Assembly (NCBI GenBank): GCA_965217775.1
Contig: CBDCJH010000002.1
Span: 1,472,001-1,536,000 of the forward strand
Source: Acidobacteriota bacterium
Lineage (GTDB): Bacteria > Acidobacteriota > UBA6911 > RPQK01 > JAJDTT01
Direction of reading: 5' to 3'
Length of the DNA: 64,000 bases
The position numbers and the translations under genes were made by a program. The notes beneath the pieces were generated by a model, which was given only the letters and a program-made list of their open reading frames with translations, did not search any database and was not told the DNA's origin. Numbering within the stretch: the first letter of the stretch is position 1; each line of letters begins with the position of its first letter. Shown piece by piece: positions 47,213-55,822 of the stretch.

Positions 47213-49654
47213 ATGCGTCTCAAACCCGGCTCCTCCATCGAGTCGATGGACCGGAACGCTGAACCGAGGCTCGATCCGGGGTCCGGCAAGGAAAGGCGAA
47301 TGCAGCGTCCCGAGGAACTGAGGCGAGAGATCGAAGCACTACGGGAGCGCATCTCCAAGCTGAGCGCGGCCAGTCTGCGCATCAGCTCGAGCCTGGACCT
47401 CAATACCGTCCTGCGCGAGGTTGTGGAAAGCGCCCGCGAGCTCACCGGCGCTCGCTACGGAGCCATCACGATCCTCGACGACTCTAGACAGCCCCAGGAC
47501 TTCGTCACTTCCGGCCTGACTCCCGACGACCACCGCCGGTTGCTGGACTGGTCCGACAGTTGGCGTTTCTTCGAGCACCTACGTGATCTTCCGGGACCGC
47601 TGAGACTGGGGGACCTGCACGGCTACGTCCGATCGCTCGGCTATTCCCCGGACGTGTTGCCGCCGTCCACCTTCCAGGGTACGCCAATGCATCATCAGGG
47701 CGTGCAAGTCGGCAATTTCTTTCTCGGTGGGAAGGAAGACGGACGGGGGTTCACGAGCGAGGATGAAGAGGTCCTGGTGTTGTTCGCGGCGCAGGCGGCG
47801 ACGGCGATTGCGAACGCCCACGCCTTCCGAAACGAACAGCGGGCCCGGGCCGACCTGGAGGCCTTGGTCGACATCTCACCCGTCGGCGTCGCGGTCTTCG
47901 ATGCCAAGTCCGGCAAGGCAGTGTCGTTCAATCGGGAGGTGAATCGGATTCTCGGAGGCCTGCTCTCGCCGGGCCACGGTGTGGAAGAACTGCTGGAGGT
48001 AGTGACGGTGCGCCGCCCTGACGGATGGGAGATCTCGCTGGAAGAATTTCCCCCAGCTCAGGCGATGAGCAACGCTCCGACGATCCGCGCCGAGGAGATC
48101 GTCCTCCAGGTGCCCGACGGCCGGAGTGTCACGACGCTGATGAACACTGCGCCGATCCGGTCCGAGGCCGGCACGATCGAGTCCGTGGTCGTCACGATGC
48201 AGGATTTGGCTCCTCTGGAGGAGTTGGAGCGGTTGCGGGCCGAGTTCCTGGGCATGGTGAGCCACGAACTGCGGGTCCCTCTGGCTTCCATCAGGGGCTT
48301 GGCCATCACCGTGCTGGGTTCGTCGTCGGTTCCCGACCCGGCCGAGATGCTCCAGTTCTTCCGCATCATCGACGAGCAGGCGGAGCACATGCACGGCCTG
48401 ATCAGCGATCTGCTGGATGCGGGCCGCATCGAGGCGGGGACATTGTCGGTCTCCCCGGAGGCGGCGGACGTGGCCGACTTGGTGGACCAGGCCAGAAACA
48501 CGTTCCTGAGTGGCGGCGGCCGGCACACTATCCGCATCGACCTTCCTCCGGACCTGCCCCGGGTGATGGCCGACAAGCGGCGGATCATCCAAGTCTTGAA
48601 CAATCTCTTGTCCAACGCTGCCAGGCACTCTCCCGAGTCGTCCCCCATCCGGGTCGCCGCGGCGCGGGATGGCGTCCACGTGGCGATCTCGGTCGCCGAC
48701 GAAGGCCTGGGAGTGCCTCCGGAACAGTTGCCGCACCTGTTCCGAAAACACGCGCGGGTCGGCGACAATCGCGGGATCGGGGGGTCCGGCCTGGGGCTGG
48801 CCATCTGCAAGGGTCTGGTGGAGGCTCACGGCGGGCGCATCCGGGCCGAGAGTGGCGGGGTGGGCCTGGGAACGCGGTTCACCTTCACGATTCCAGTGGT
48901 CCAAGAGGCCAGCCCCGCAGCCGGGTCCGGCTTCGCCCGGAGTTCGTCCAACGCGTCTCGGGGCGGCCAGGAACGAACTCGCGTCCTGGTGGTGGACGAC
49001 GACCCGCAGACGCTCCGTTACGTTCGTGACACTTTGCTGGGAGCAGGCTACGTGCCGTTCGTGACAGGCGACCCGCGGGAGGTATCCCACCTCATCAAGA
49101 CGAAGCAGCCCCGGCTGGTCCTGTTGGACCTGTTATTTCCCGGGATCGATGGAATCCAATTGATGCAGCATGTCCCCGAAATGGCTGACTTGCCGGTCAT
49201 CTTCATCTCCGGCTACGGCAGGGACGAGACCATCGCCAGGGCCTTGGACGTCGGAGCCGTCGATTACATCGTCAAGCCTTTCTCGCCGACCGAGTTGACG
49301 GCAAGAGTCCGGGCGGCCCTGCGCCGGCGGGACGAGCCGCCGGAACCCTTTCGGTTGCGGGATCTGGCCATCCACTATGAGGCCCGCCGCGTGACCGTGG
49401 CCGGCCGGCCGGTGCGACTTACGGCGACCGAATACGAGCTGCTCCGAACACTCTCGGTCAACGCGGGCCGGATCCTGACGTACGATTCGCTGCTACGCCA
49501 AGTCTGGGACCGGCGGGAATCCACCGACCATCGGGTGGTGCACGCCTACGTGAAGAGGCTCCGCCGCAAGCTGGGCGATGACGCGGCCAGTCCTGTCTAC
49601 ATCTTCACCGAGCGCCAAGTCGGCTACCGCATGCCCAGACCAGGCGACCTGTGA
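47213..49654 (+). CDS. Hybrid sensor: GAF-PAS-HisKA-HATPase-REC-OmpR winged helix
   Basis: VSHELRVPL, NLLSNA, GSGLGLAIC, VLVVDDD, DYIVKPF, LTATEYELL...VKRLRRKLGD; the true start may be 47300. Confidence 0.93.
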   Translation: MRLKPGSSIESMDRNAEPRLDPGSGKERRMQRPEELRREIEALRERISKLSAASLRISSSLDLNTVLREVVESARELTGARYGAITILDDSRQPQDFVTSGLTPDDHRRLLDWSDSWRFFEHLRDLPGPLRLGDLHGYVRSLGYSPDVLPPSTFQGTPMHHQGVQVGNFFLGGKEDGRGFTSEDEEVLVLFAAQAATAIANAHAFRNEQRARADLEALVDISPVGVAVFDAKSGKAVSFNREVNRILGGLLSPGHGVEELLEVVTVRRPDGWEISLEEFPPAQAMSNAPTIRAEEIVLQVPDGRSVTTLMNTAPIRSEAGTIESVVVTMQDLAPLEELERLRAEFLGMVSHELRVPLASIRGLAITVLGSSSVPDPAEMLQFFRIIDEQAEHMHGLISDLLDAGRIEAGTLSVSPEAADVADLVDQARNTFLSGGGRHTIRIDLPPDLPRVMADKRRIIQVLNNLLSNAARHSPESSPIRVAAARDGVHVAISVADEGLGVPPEQLPHLFRKHARVGDNRGIGGSGLGLAICKGLVEAHGGRIRAESGGVGLGTRFTFTIPVVQEASPAAGSGFARSSSNASRGGQERTRVLVVDDDPQTLRYVRDTLLGAGYVPFVTGDPREVSHLIKTKQPRLVLLDLLFPGIDGIQLMQHVPEMADLPVIFISGYGRDETIARALDVGAVDYIVKPFSPTELTARVRAALRRRDEPPEPFRLRDLAIHYEARRVTVAGRPVRLTATEYELLRTLSVNAGRILTYDSLLRQVWDRRESTDHRVVHAYVKRLRRKLGDDAASPVYIFTERQVGYRMPRPGDL

Positions 49655-50129
49655 GGACCCTCCGTTTGCGATGGAGTCCCACAGGAGGCGATACAGACAT
49701 GGGCTCTCCGGGTTGGGAAAGAGAATGACGGCACAAAGTCACGTCCGGAGCCGGGAAGCGGGGGTCAGGGGTAGGGGATAGCGCTGGTCCTCTCCGTCCG
49801 GACCGCGTTTCCGGCGGCTCAGGGCTAATCCGAGCCCGCCGAAAGAAAGAGGGCGGGAGTAAAGAAAGTAACTGTCCCATTTACCTGCGTTTTCCCATCC
49901 GATTCAACCGGTTAGCTCAAATTCGACGCGTCAAATCCCGGGAACTTCGGTCAAGAACCGTCGAGAGATCGGCCGCCGGTTGATCCGCAGCCACGCCCCA
50001 GTTACCATTATTTTCCGCGCTGAAGAGCAGCTGCGAATGCAAGCCCGTGCGAAGGGGAAGCGCGGTAGCGCGAAACCTTCAGCAATAGGACGCAGCCAGT
50101 AGAACAATTGAGGTACCAGGGGGCGGTTC

Positions 50130-51788
50130 GTGAAGCATATGAAGTGGTGGGGATGGGGAGAAGAGGGCGTCTCTTTCCGCCACGATGACAAGCCGGCATT
50201 CGCACAGTTCATTAAGGATGTGATCGACATCGACGTTACGCTGCCGCCCGTTTCCGTAACGAATCTCGACAGTTTTCCGCTGCCATCCCCATGTGCGCCG
50301 CCTGGATTACAGGCTTCCCTCGAAGCAATAGTTGGAACCGGCAACCTGAAGTGTGATCCGCTGGATCGAGTCGTTCACGCCTACGGAAAGAGCCTGCGGG
50401 ATCTTGTAAGGATTCGACGAGGCGACTTTGGTCGTACTCCCGATCTGGTCACTTACCCCGGATCAGAGGATGAAGTTGTTCGAATCGTGCGGACAGCGCT
50501 CTCTGCGGACGCGGTGGTGATTCCTTTCGGTGGAGGGACGAATATCGCTGGTTGCCTGGAAGCGCCGCGCGGCGAAATCCGTACCGTAATCTCTGTCGAT
50601 ATGTGCCGCATGAACCGTGTGCTGGAGATCGATGAGGTTTCGAGGCTCGCCCGCATTCAACCCGGAGCGCTGGGGCCGGACCTCGAGCGCCAGTTGAATG
50701 CGAGAGGATGGACTCTGGGACATTTCCCGGACAGCTTCAATCACGCCTCTCTGGGCGGCTGGATCGCGACCCGATCTGTCGGAATGCAATCCGACAAATA
50801 CGGCGATTTCGCGGACCTGACAAAGGCCTTCCGCGTGGTGACGCCCGCAGGTGTGCTGGTCACGAGGCCAGTTCCCAGTGCCGCCACGGGCCCCAGCGTC
50901 AAGGAGATGATCCTCGGCAGCGAAGGCCGTCTCGGCATTATCACCGAGGCTACCGTGCATGTGCATCGCGTTCCGCAAAAGCGCCAGATCTATGGATATC
51001 TGTTTCCGGACTGGACTGGCGGATTGGAGGCTATGGCGGCCATTGCGGCAAGCGATGCATTTCCATCCGTCACACGTATATCGGACGTCAACGAGACCCG
51101 TTTCTATTTCGCGACCAAAAAGCATGAAGCGTTGGTTGGACGTATGAAGTCGGCTCTTTCCAGGCTTTACCTTGAACGCGTGAAGCGCTTTGATGTTCGG
51201 CAGATGTGCCTCTCGTTCATTGGCTATGAAGGCTCCGAGAAACACGTGAAATCTCAAAAACGCCTGGTCGATTCAATCGTTGCCGGATATGGAGGTATAT
51301 GCATTGGAACCGGGCCGGGTGAACTCTTTGACCGAAAAAAATTCGACGTTCCCTACATCCGGGATTTCCTGCTCGACCGCGGTGCTCTCGGCGATGTTTC
51401 AGAGACGGCGGCTCCATGGTCTCAACTCGGGTCTCTGTACGACGGTGTGATGAGCAGAGCGGAGAATGCATTCAAGGACATCGGCGTGAAGGGCTATATC
51501 ATGTGCCATCTCTCCCACTCGTATCACTGCGGCGCGTGCCTGTACTTCACGTTTGCTTTCCGGCCATTAAATGAAGCTCGCTCCCTGGAAGAGTACGATG
51601 CGGTCAAGGGAGCCATCCAGCAAGGCTTCATCGACTTCGGCGGTACATTGTCCCACCATCACGCCGTCGGCGTGGAGCACGCGCCATGGTTGGAACAGGA
51701 TATTTCGCCCGCCGGCGTAGCAATGATCCGCTCGCTGCTCGACGGCGTCGATCCACGACATAACTTCAACCCCGGAAAGATAGTCTAA
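50130..51788 (+). CDS. FAD-linked oxidase, alkyl-dihydroxyacetonephosphate synthase (AGPS)-like
   Basis: MKWWGWG, PFGGGTN, GHFPDS, GSEGRLGIITE, CHLSHSY, SHHHAVG. Confidence 0.88.
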   Translation: MKHMKWWGWGEEGVSFRHDDKPAFAQFIKDVIDIDVTLPPVSVTNLDSFPLPSPCAPPGLQASLEAIVGTGNLKCDPLDRVVHAYGKSLRDLVRIRRGDFGRTPDLVTYPGSEDEVVRIVRTALSADAVVIPFGGGTNIAGCLEAPRGEIRTVISVDMCRMNRVLEIDEVSRLARIQPGALGPDLERQLNARGWTLGHFPDSFNHASLGGWIATRSVGMQSDKYGDFADLTKAFRVVTPAGVLVTRPVPSAATGPSVKEMILGSEGRLGIITEATVHVHRVPQKRQIYGYLFPDWTGGLEAMAAIAASDAFPSVTRISDVNETRFYFATKKHEALVGRMKSALSRLYLERVKRFDVRQMCLSFIGYEGSEKHVKSQKRLVDSIVAGYGGICIGTGPGELFDRKKFDVPYIRDFLLDRGALGDVSETAAPWSQLGSLYDGVMSRAENAFKDIGVKGYIMCHLSHSYHCGACLYFTFAFRPLNEARSLEEYDAVKGAIQQGFIDFGGTLSHHHAVGVEHAPWLEQDISPAGVAMIRSLLDGVDPRHNFNPGKIV

Positions 51789-52043
51789 AGACAAGTCGGA
51801 GGGAATCAGGACGGCATCAACGGCTTAGAAGGGACACGCCGGGCGCCGGGCGGGAGAAGGGGACAGTCACTTTCTCTCTTCCTCGGTGCGATGACTGTCG
51901 AATGTTCGGCGGTTGGAAATCCGTATTTCCTGGACGGATGGGACGGCGACGTTTCAACCGGCCGCTCATCCAGGTTTTCGAGCCCTATTGTGACCTTGGG
52001 AGTTCGGGGATTAACAACCCCCGCTCCCAGGAGGTCCCGAACG

Positions 52044-53162
52044 TTACGAGCGGGACCTGGAATCGAACCGGTGGATCGTCGCCGCTTCCATGGCGTCCCA
52101 GTCGATTTCCACGCCCAGGCCGGGCCCGGAAGGCGCGACGACGAGTCCGTCCGGTCCGGTCCGGATCACGTCGTGCATGCCGTACTCGTAGGGTTCCCAG
52201 GGGACGGCCTGCTCGAAGTACGTGCTCAGCCCGGTTCCCAGCATCAGGTGGAGGTTGGCAGATGAGATCAGCGTGGTGCCCCAGGACATGATCTCGCAGC
52301 GCATGCCCGCGGCTTCCACCGCGGACAGATACTTCCGGCCCCCAGTGAAGCCGCCGGCGACCGTGACATCGGTCCGCGCCGCCGTCCAACATCGGGTCGC
52401 CAATGCGTGCCGGAACGCCGTCAGGTCCTGAAGCCAATTCCCCGAGGGAAGGATCGGCACCTCAAGGCTCTGGGTCAGCTCGCGATAACCCGGCAGGTCG
52501 TAGTCAAACAGCGGAGCTTCGAACCAAGTGAATCCCAGGTCGTGCAGCTCGGCGCCGACCCGGTGGGCACTCTGCAGGTCATAGTTGTTCTCAACGTCCA
52601 ACATGAAGGCCACGTCGTCGCCGAATTCCTTGCTGGCGGCGCGGGCCAGCTCGAGGTCCTTTTCCGGCAGACACCAACAGTGGAACTTCACGGCGCGAAA
52701 GCCGCGCTCGATCATTTCTTCGACAAAACGGAGATACGCCGGCACGTCGTCCAGCATCGGCGTGCTGGCATACGACGGGATTCGATCCATTGCCCCTCCC
52801 AAGAGCTGATAGATGGGCTGTCCGGCGGCCTTGCCCCTCAGATCCCACAATGCGATGTCGATGACGGACAGGGCTTGCGGCGGAAGGGGAAAGACCCGCG
52901 GCCACAGACTCTGCCAGATCTCTTCCACCTCCGTCGCATCCTGGCCGATCACCGCAGGGATCAAGTGCCGCAACGTCTCGCAGGTGTAGCGATCGAAATC
53001 GAAGGACGTGCAATTCCACACGCCGCCGACGCCCACGTGGCCGTCCTTCGTCGTGATCCGGACGATGGTATTGGTCATGAACTGTTCGCCCAGGTCGTGC
53101 GACCACGTAAAGCGCTGCACATTGGGCGCCACGACCATGACTTCAACACGCTCTATTTGCAT
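52044..53162 (-). CDS. Mandelate racemase/muconate lactonizing enzyme family protein
   Basis: IDIALWDLRGK, GFRAVKFH, MLD, WFEAPL, PGLGVEID. Confidence 0.9.
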   Translation of the reverse strand: MQIERVEVMVVAPNVQRFTWSHDLGEQFMTNTIVRITTKDGHVGVGGVWNCTSFDFDRYTCETLRHLIPAVIGQDATEVEEIWQSLWPRVFPLPPQALSVIDIALWDLRGKAAGQPIYQLLGGAMDRIPSYASTPMLDDVPAYLRFVEEMIERGFRAVKFHCWCLPEKDLELARAASKEFGDDVAFMLDVENNYDLQSAHRVGAELHDLGFTWFEAPLFDYDLPGYRELTQSLEVPILPSGNWLQDLTAFRHALATRCWTAARTDVTVAGGFTGGRKYLSAVEAAGMRCEIMSWGTTLISSANLHLMLGTGLSTYFEQAVPWEPYEYGMHDVIRTGPDGLVVAPSGPGLGVEIDWDAMEAATIHRFDSRSRS

Positions 53163-53382
53163 GAGGACCGTCCTCGGGAAGCGACCAGGTTCTGTTGTCG
53201 GTGGCCCTTATTCTGGCGGAAGGAGTCGGGGACCGCGAGTCGGGCTTTCCTCGCGGGGAGAAGGTAACTGTCCCCTTCTCTCCTGGTTGGCAGCAGTCTC
53301 CAGAATTGTGGCTGGATCCAGCGCGCCCAGCAGACCCAAGCTCAAAGTTACGGTCAGCAGCGAGGTCGTGGGTCCCCACAGG

Positions 53383-53625
53383 CTAAGATACGAGGTCTTC
53401 GGGGAGTGAACGGGCATCCGGAACGGTTCTTTCGCGGAACTCCTTGGACACGGCCAGCGCATCCTCGATCCGGCTGACACAATCCTGCAGATGACCGATC
53501 TGTGTCTCCAGGCTGGTGATGCGGACATCCAAGCGCAACTCCATCTGTTTTACGAACCGAATCTGGCCCCGGAGGGCGGTGGCCAAGTAAAGAAAGCCTC
53601 CGACGAGAATCAGATTCCAGAGCAT
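53383..53625 (-). CDS. Small hypothetical protein (TM + coiled coil), copy 1
   Basis: 80 aa; reading frame conserved in the diverged copy at 54896-55138. Confidence 0.65.
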   Translation of the reverse strand: MLWNLILVGGFLYLATALRGQIRFVKQMELRLDVRITSLETQIGHLQDCVSRIEDALAVSKEFRERTVPDARSLPEDLVS

Positions 53626-53897
53626 TTTTCTATTCTCGAAGTCTCTCCGGTCCTGGCAAACGGGGAGGAGATTCCATCTTGGTCCGTAAACTCCTTACGT
53701 ATTCAGTGATGCGGGGGAACTCCTTTTGGCCGAAGGATCCGCGGGAGAAGGGGACAGTCACCTTCTCTCTTCCTTTGTTTTTTTGCTGAGAGAATCAGGG
53801 ATACCTGGAATCCCAAGAAGGCACCGAGACGGGTGACATCGGTCGATTGCAGCGCCAGTTGAGATTGCCTTCCGCTTCGGCTTCGCGCATAGCGGTG

Positions 53898-54302
53898 TCA
53901 CGCGGACTTCCGCCCCTCCGTCTCGCAATCGTTGCGCACGCCAACGACCTCGGCCAGGCTCACTACTATGAGAACCGCCACAATGCCCCAGAGAACGGCG
54001 GCACCTTTGATGGAAAGAGAAAGGTCCCCGAATAGTAGCCACGCTGATAGAACCAGGGCGCCACAGAGGTTGATCACAACAGCTCCACCGAGCCCAAGAC
54101 CGCGTGAGCGGTCTGCTCCTCGCTGCATCCAAAGCGCGATGCCAATGCCGAAGAGTACAGCGCCAAGAATGTTGGGATAAAACGCAGAGCCGGGCTCTGG
54201 AATCCCGAGGAAGGAAATGAGATCTCGTGGGAACACGAGCAGGAGCACACCCAGCAGTAGGTTGATAAGGCTGTCAATGGTGACCAATAGCGAGCGGTTC
54301 AT
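53898..54302 (-). CDS. Hypothetical membrane protein (4 TM)
   Basis: LLVTIDSLINLLLGVLLL...FYPNILGAVLFGIGIAL...INLCG. Confidence 0.75.
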   Translation of the reverse strand: MNRSLLVTIDSLINLLLGVLLLVFPRDLISFLGIPEPGSAFYPNILGAVLFGIGIALWMQRGADRSRGLGLGGAVVINLCGALVLSAWLLFGDLSLSIKGAAVLWGIVAVLIVVSLAEVVGVRNDCETEGRKSA

Positions 54303-54423
54303 GAATCTGCCCATGCTTGTACAAGTACGGTAATCACCTGACACCCGGCCTCACCGAGGTCAGGTCCCGGGAGAAGGGGACAGTCACTTTCTCTCTTCCT
54401 TCGAAGCCGGTGCCGCACCTGCC

Positions 54424-54798
54424 CGCGCGCTTGGTGCGGAGCCCGGACGAGCTCAGCGACTGGCTGTCCGCAGAAGAAGTTCGTAGAGAAGATATAGAAC
54501 CCGCGGGATTGCCCCGAACTCCGAGCCCAACCGCAGCGCTGGTATGAGAGCCGGATTGCGGCGGGCCGAACCTCCTCGCGGATGCGGGCGCCTAAACCGT
54601 CGAGTCCAGGCCCCGGGCGAGCGCCACCTCGCGGGCGCTGGGGTTCACGGAGGGGCGGAAGGGAACCTCGCACACCCGTGCGCGGTCCGGTCGGCCCGGC
54701 TCGCTCGCGTATTCGTCGGGCAACCACACCGTGAGCTCCGTGCCGACGGCCGACTTCCCGGCGGGCACGTGCCCGAGCGCTATGTTGCAGCCCAGCTC
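54424..54798 (-). pseudogene. Duplicated 3' end and downstream region of the GcvT-family gene
   Basis: Near-identical to about 59184-59557; encodes ELGCNIALGHVP...LARGLDSTV* without a start. Confidence 0.88.
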
Positions 54799-54895
54799 GC
54801 GAACGGGAGAAGGGGACAGTCACCTTCTCTCTTCTGCGCCCGGCAGACCCCAGCACAAGGTTACGGTCAGCAGCGAGGCCGTGGATCCCTACCGG

Positions 54896-55138
54896 CTAAG
54901 ATACGAGGTCTTCGGGGAGTGTACGGGCATCCGGAACGGTTCCTCCGCGGCACTCCTTGGACACGGCCAGCGTGTCTTCGATCCGGCTGACGTAATCCCG
55001 CAGATCGCCGATCTGCGTCTCCAGGCTGGTGATTCGGACATCCAAACGCAACTCCATCTGCTTCAGGAACCGAATCTGCGTCCGGAGGGCGACGGCCAAG
55101 TAAAGAACGCCTCCAATGAGAATCAGGTTCCAGATCAT
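54896..55138 (-). CDS. Small hypothetical protein (TM + coiled coil), copy 2
   Basis: MIWNLILIGG...KQMELRLDVRITSLETQIG; paralogue of 53383-53625. Confidence 0.65.
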   Translation of the reverse strand: MIWNLILIGGVLYLAVALRTQIRFLKQMELRLDVRITSLETQIGDLRDYVSRIEDTLAVSKECRGGTVPDARTLPEDLVS

Positions 55139-55422
55139 GTGCCTATTCTCGAAGTCTCTCCGGGCCTGGCAAACGGGGAGGAGATTCCATCTTGGTCCGT
55201 AACTCCTCAGTATTCAGTGATGCGGGGGAGTTCCTTCTGGCCGAAATGAAGAACGGGCCACCGACTCGGCGGATCGGGTCTTGGCCTCGTTTTCGGCCCC
55301 GGTGGGATCACGGGACCGAAAAGCGGGAGAAGGGGACAGTCACCTTCTCCCCTGGTTCCGGTTTCGCCACTGGATTCCCCCGGGGGGGCTTGGATCGCCG
55401 CGGCCCTGTTTTGGTTTCGTCC

Positions 55423-55710
55423 GAAGAGGCTCCGCCGCAAGCTGGGCGATGACGCGACCAGTCCTGCCTACATCTTCACCGAGCGCCAAGTCGGCTACCG
55501 CAGGCCCAGCCCCGGAGACCTGTGAGGACCCTCCATCTGCAATGGAGCTCCACAGGAGGTGACACAGACATGGACTCGTCGGGTTGGGAAAGAGAGTGAC
55601 GGCACAAAGTCACGTCCGGAGAGGGAAAGCGGGGGTCAGGGATGGGGCATAGGGCTGGTCCTCTGCTTCTGGACCGCATTTCCGGGGGCTCAGGGCTGAT
55701 CCGAGTCCCC
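55423..55710 (+). pseudogene. Duplicated 3' end and downstream region of the hybrid kinase gene
   Basis: Aligns with about 49552-49840 (KRLRRKLGDDA...YIFTERQVGYR...DL* and 3' UTR) with scattered substitutions. Confidence 0.85.
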
Positions 55711-55822
55711 CGTAGGAAGGGAATCCAGGATTAGAGTCCTGCCTGTTGTTGTGAAGATGCCGCCCAGTTCACATCCTCGGTTTCAAGGGAGCGGTTCGGA
55801 CCTTATGTCCAATCCCGAGCGG

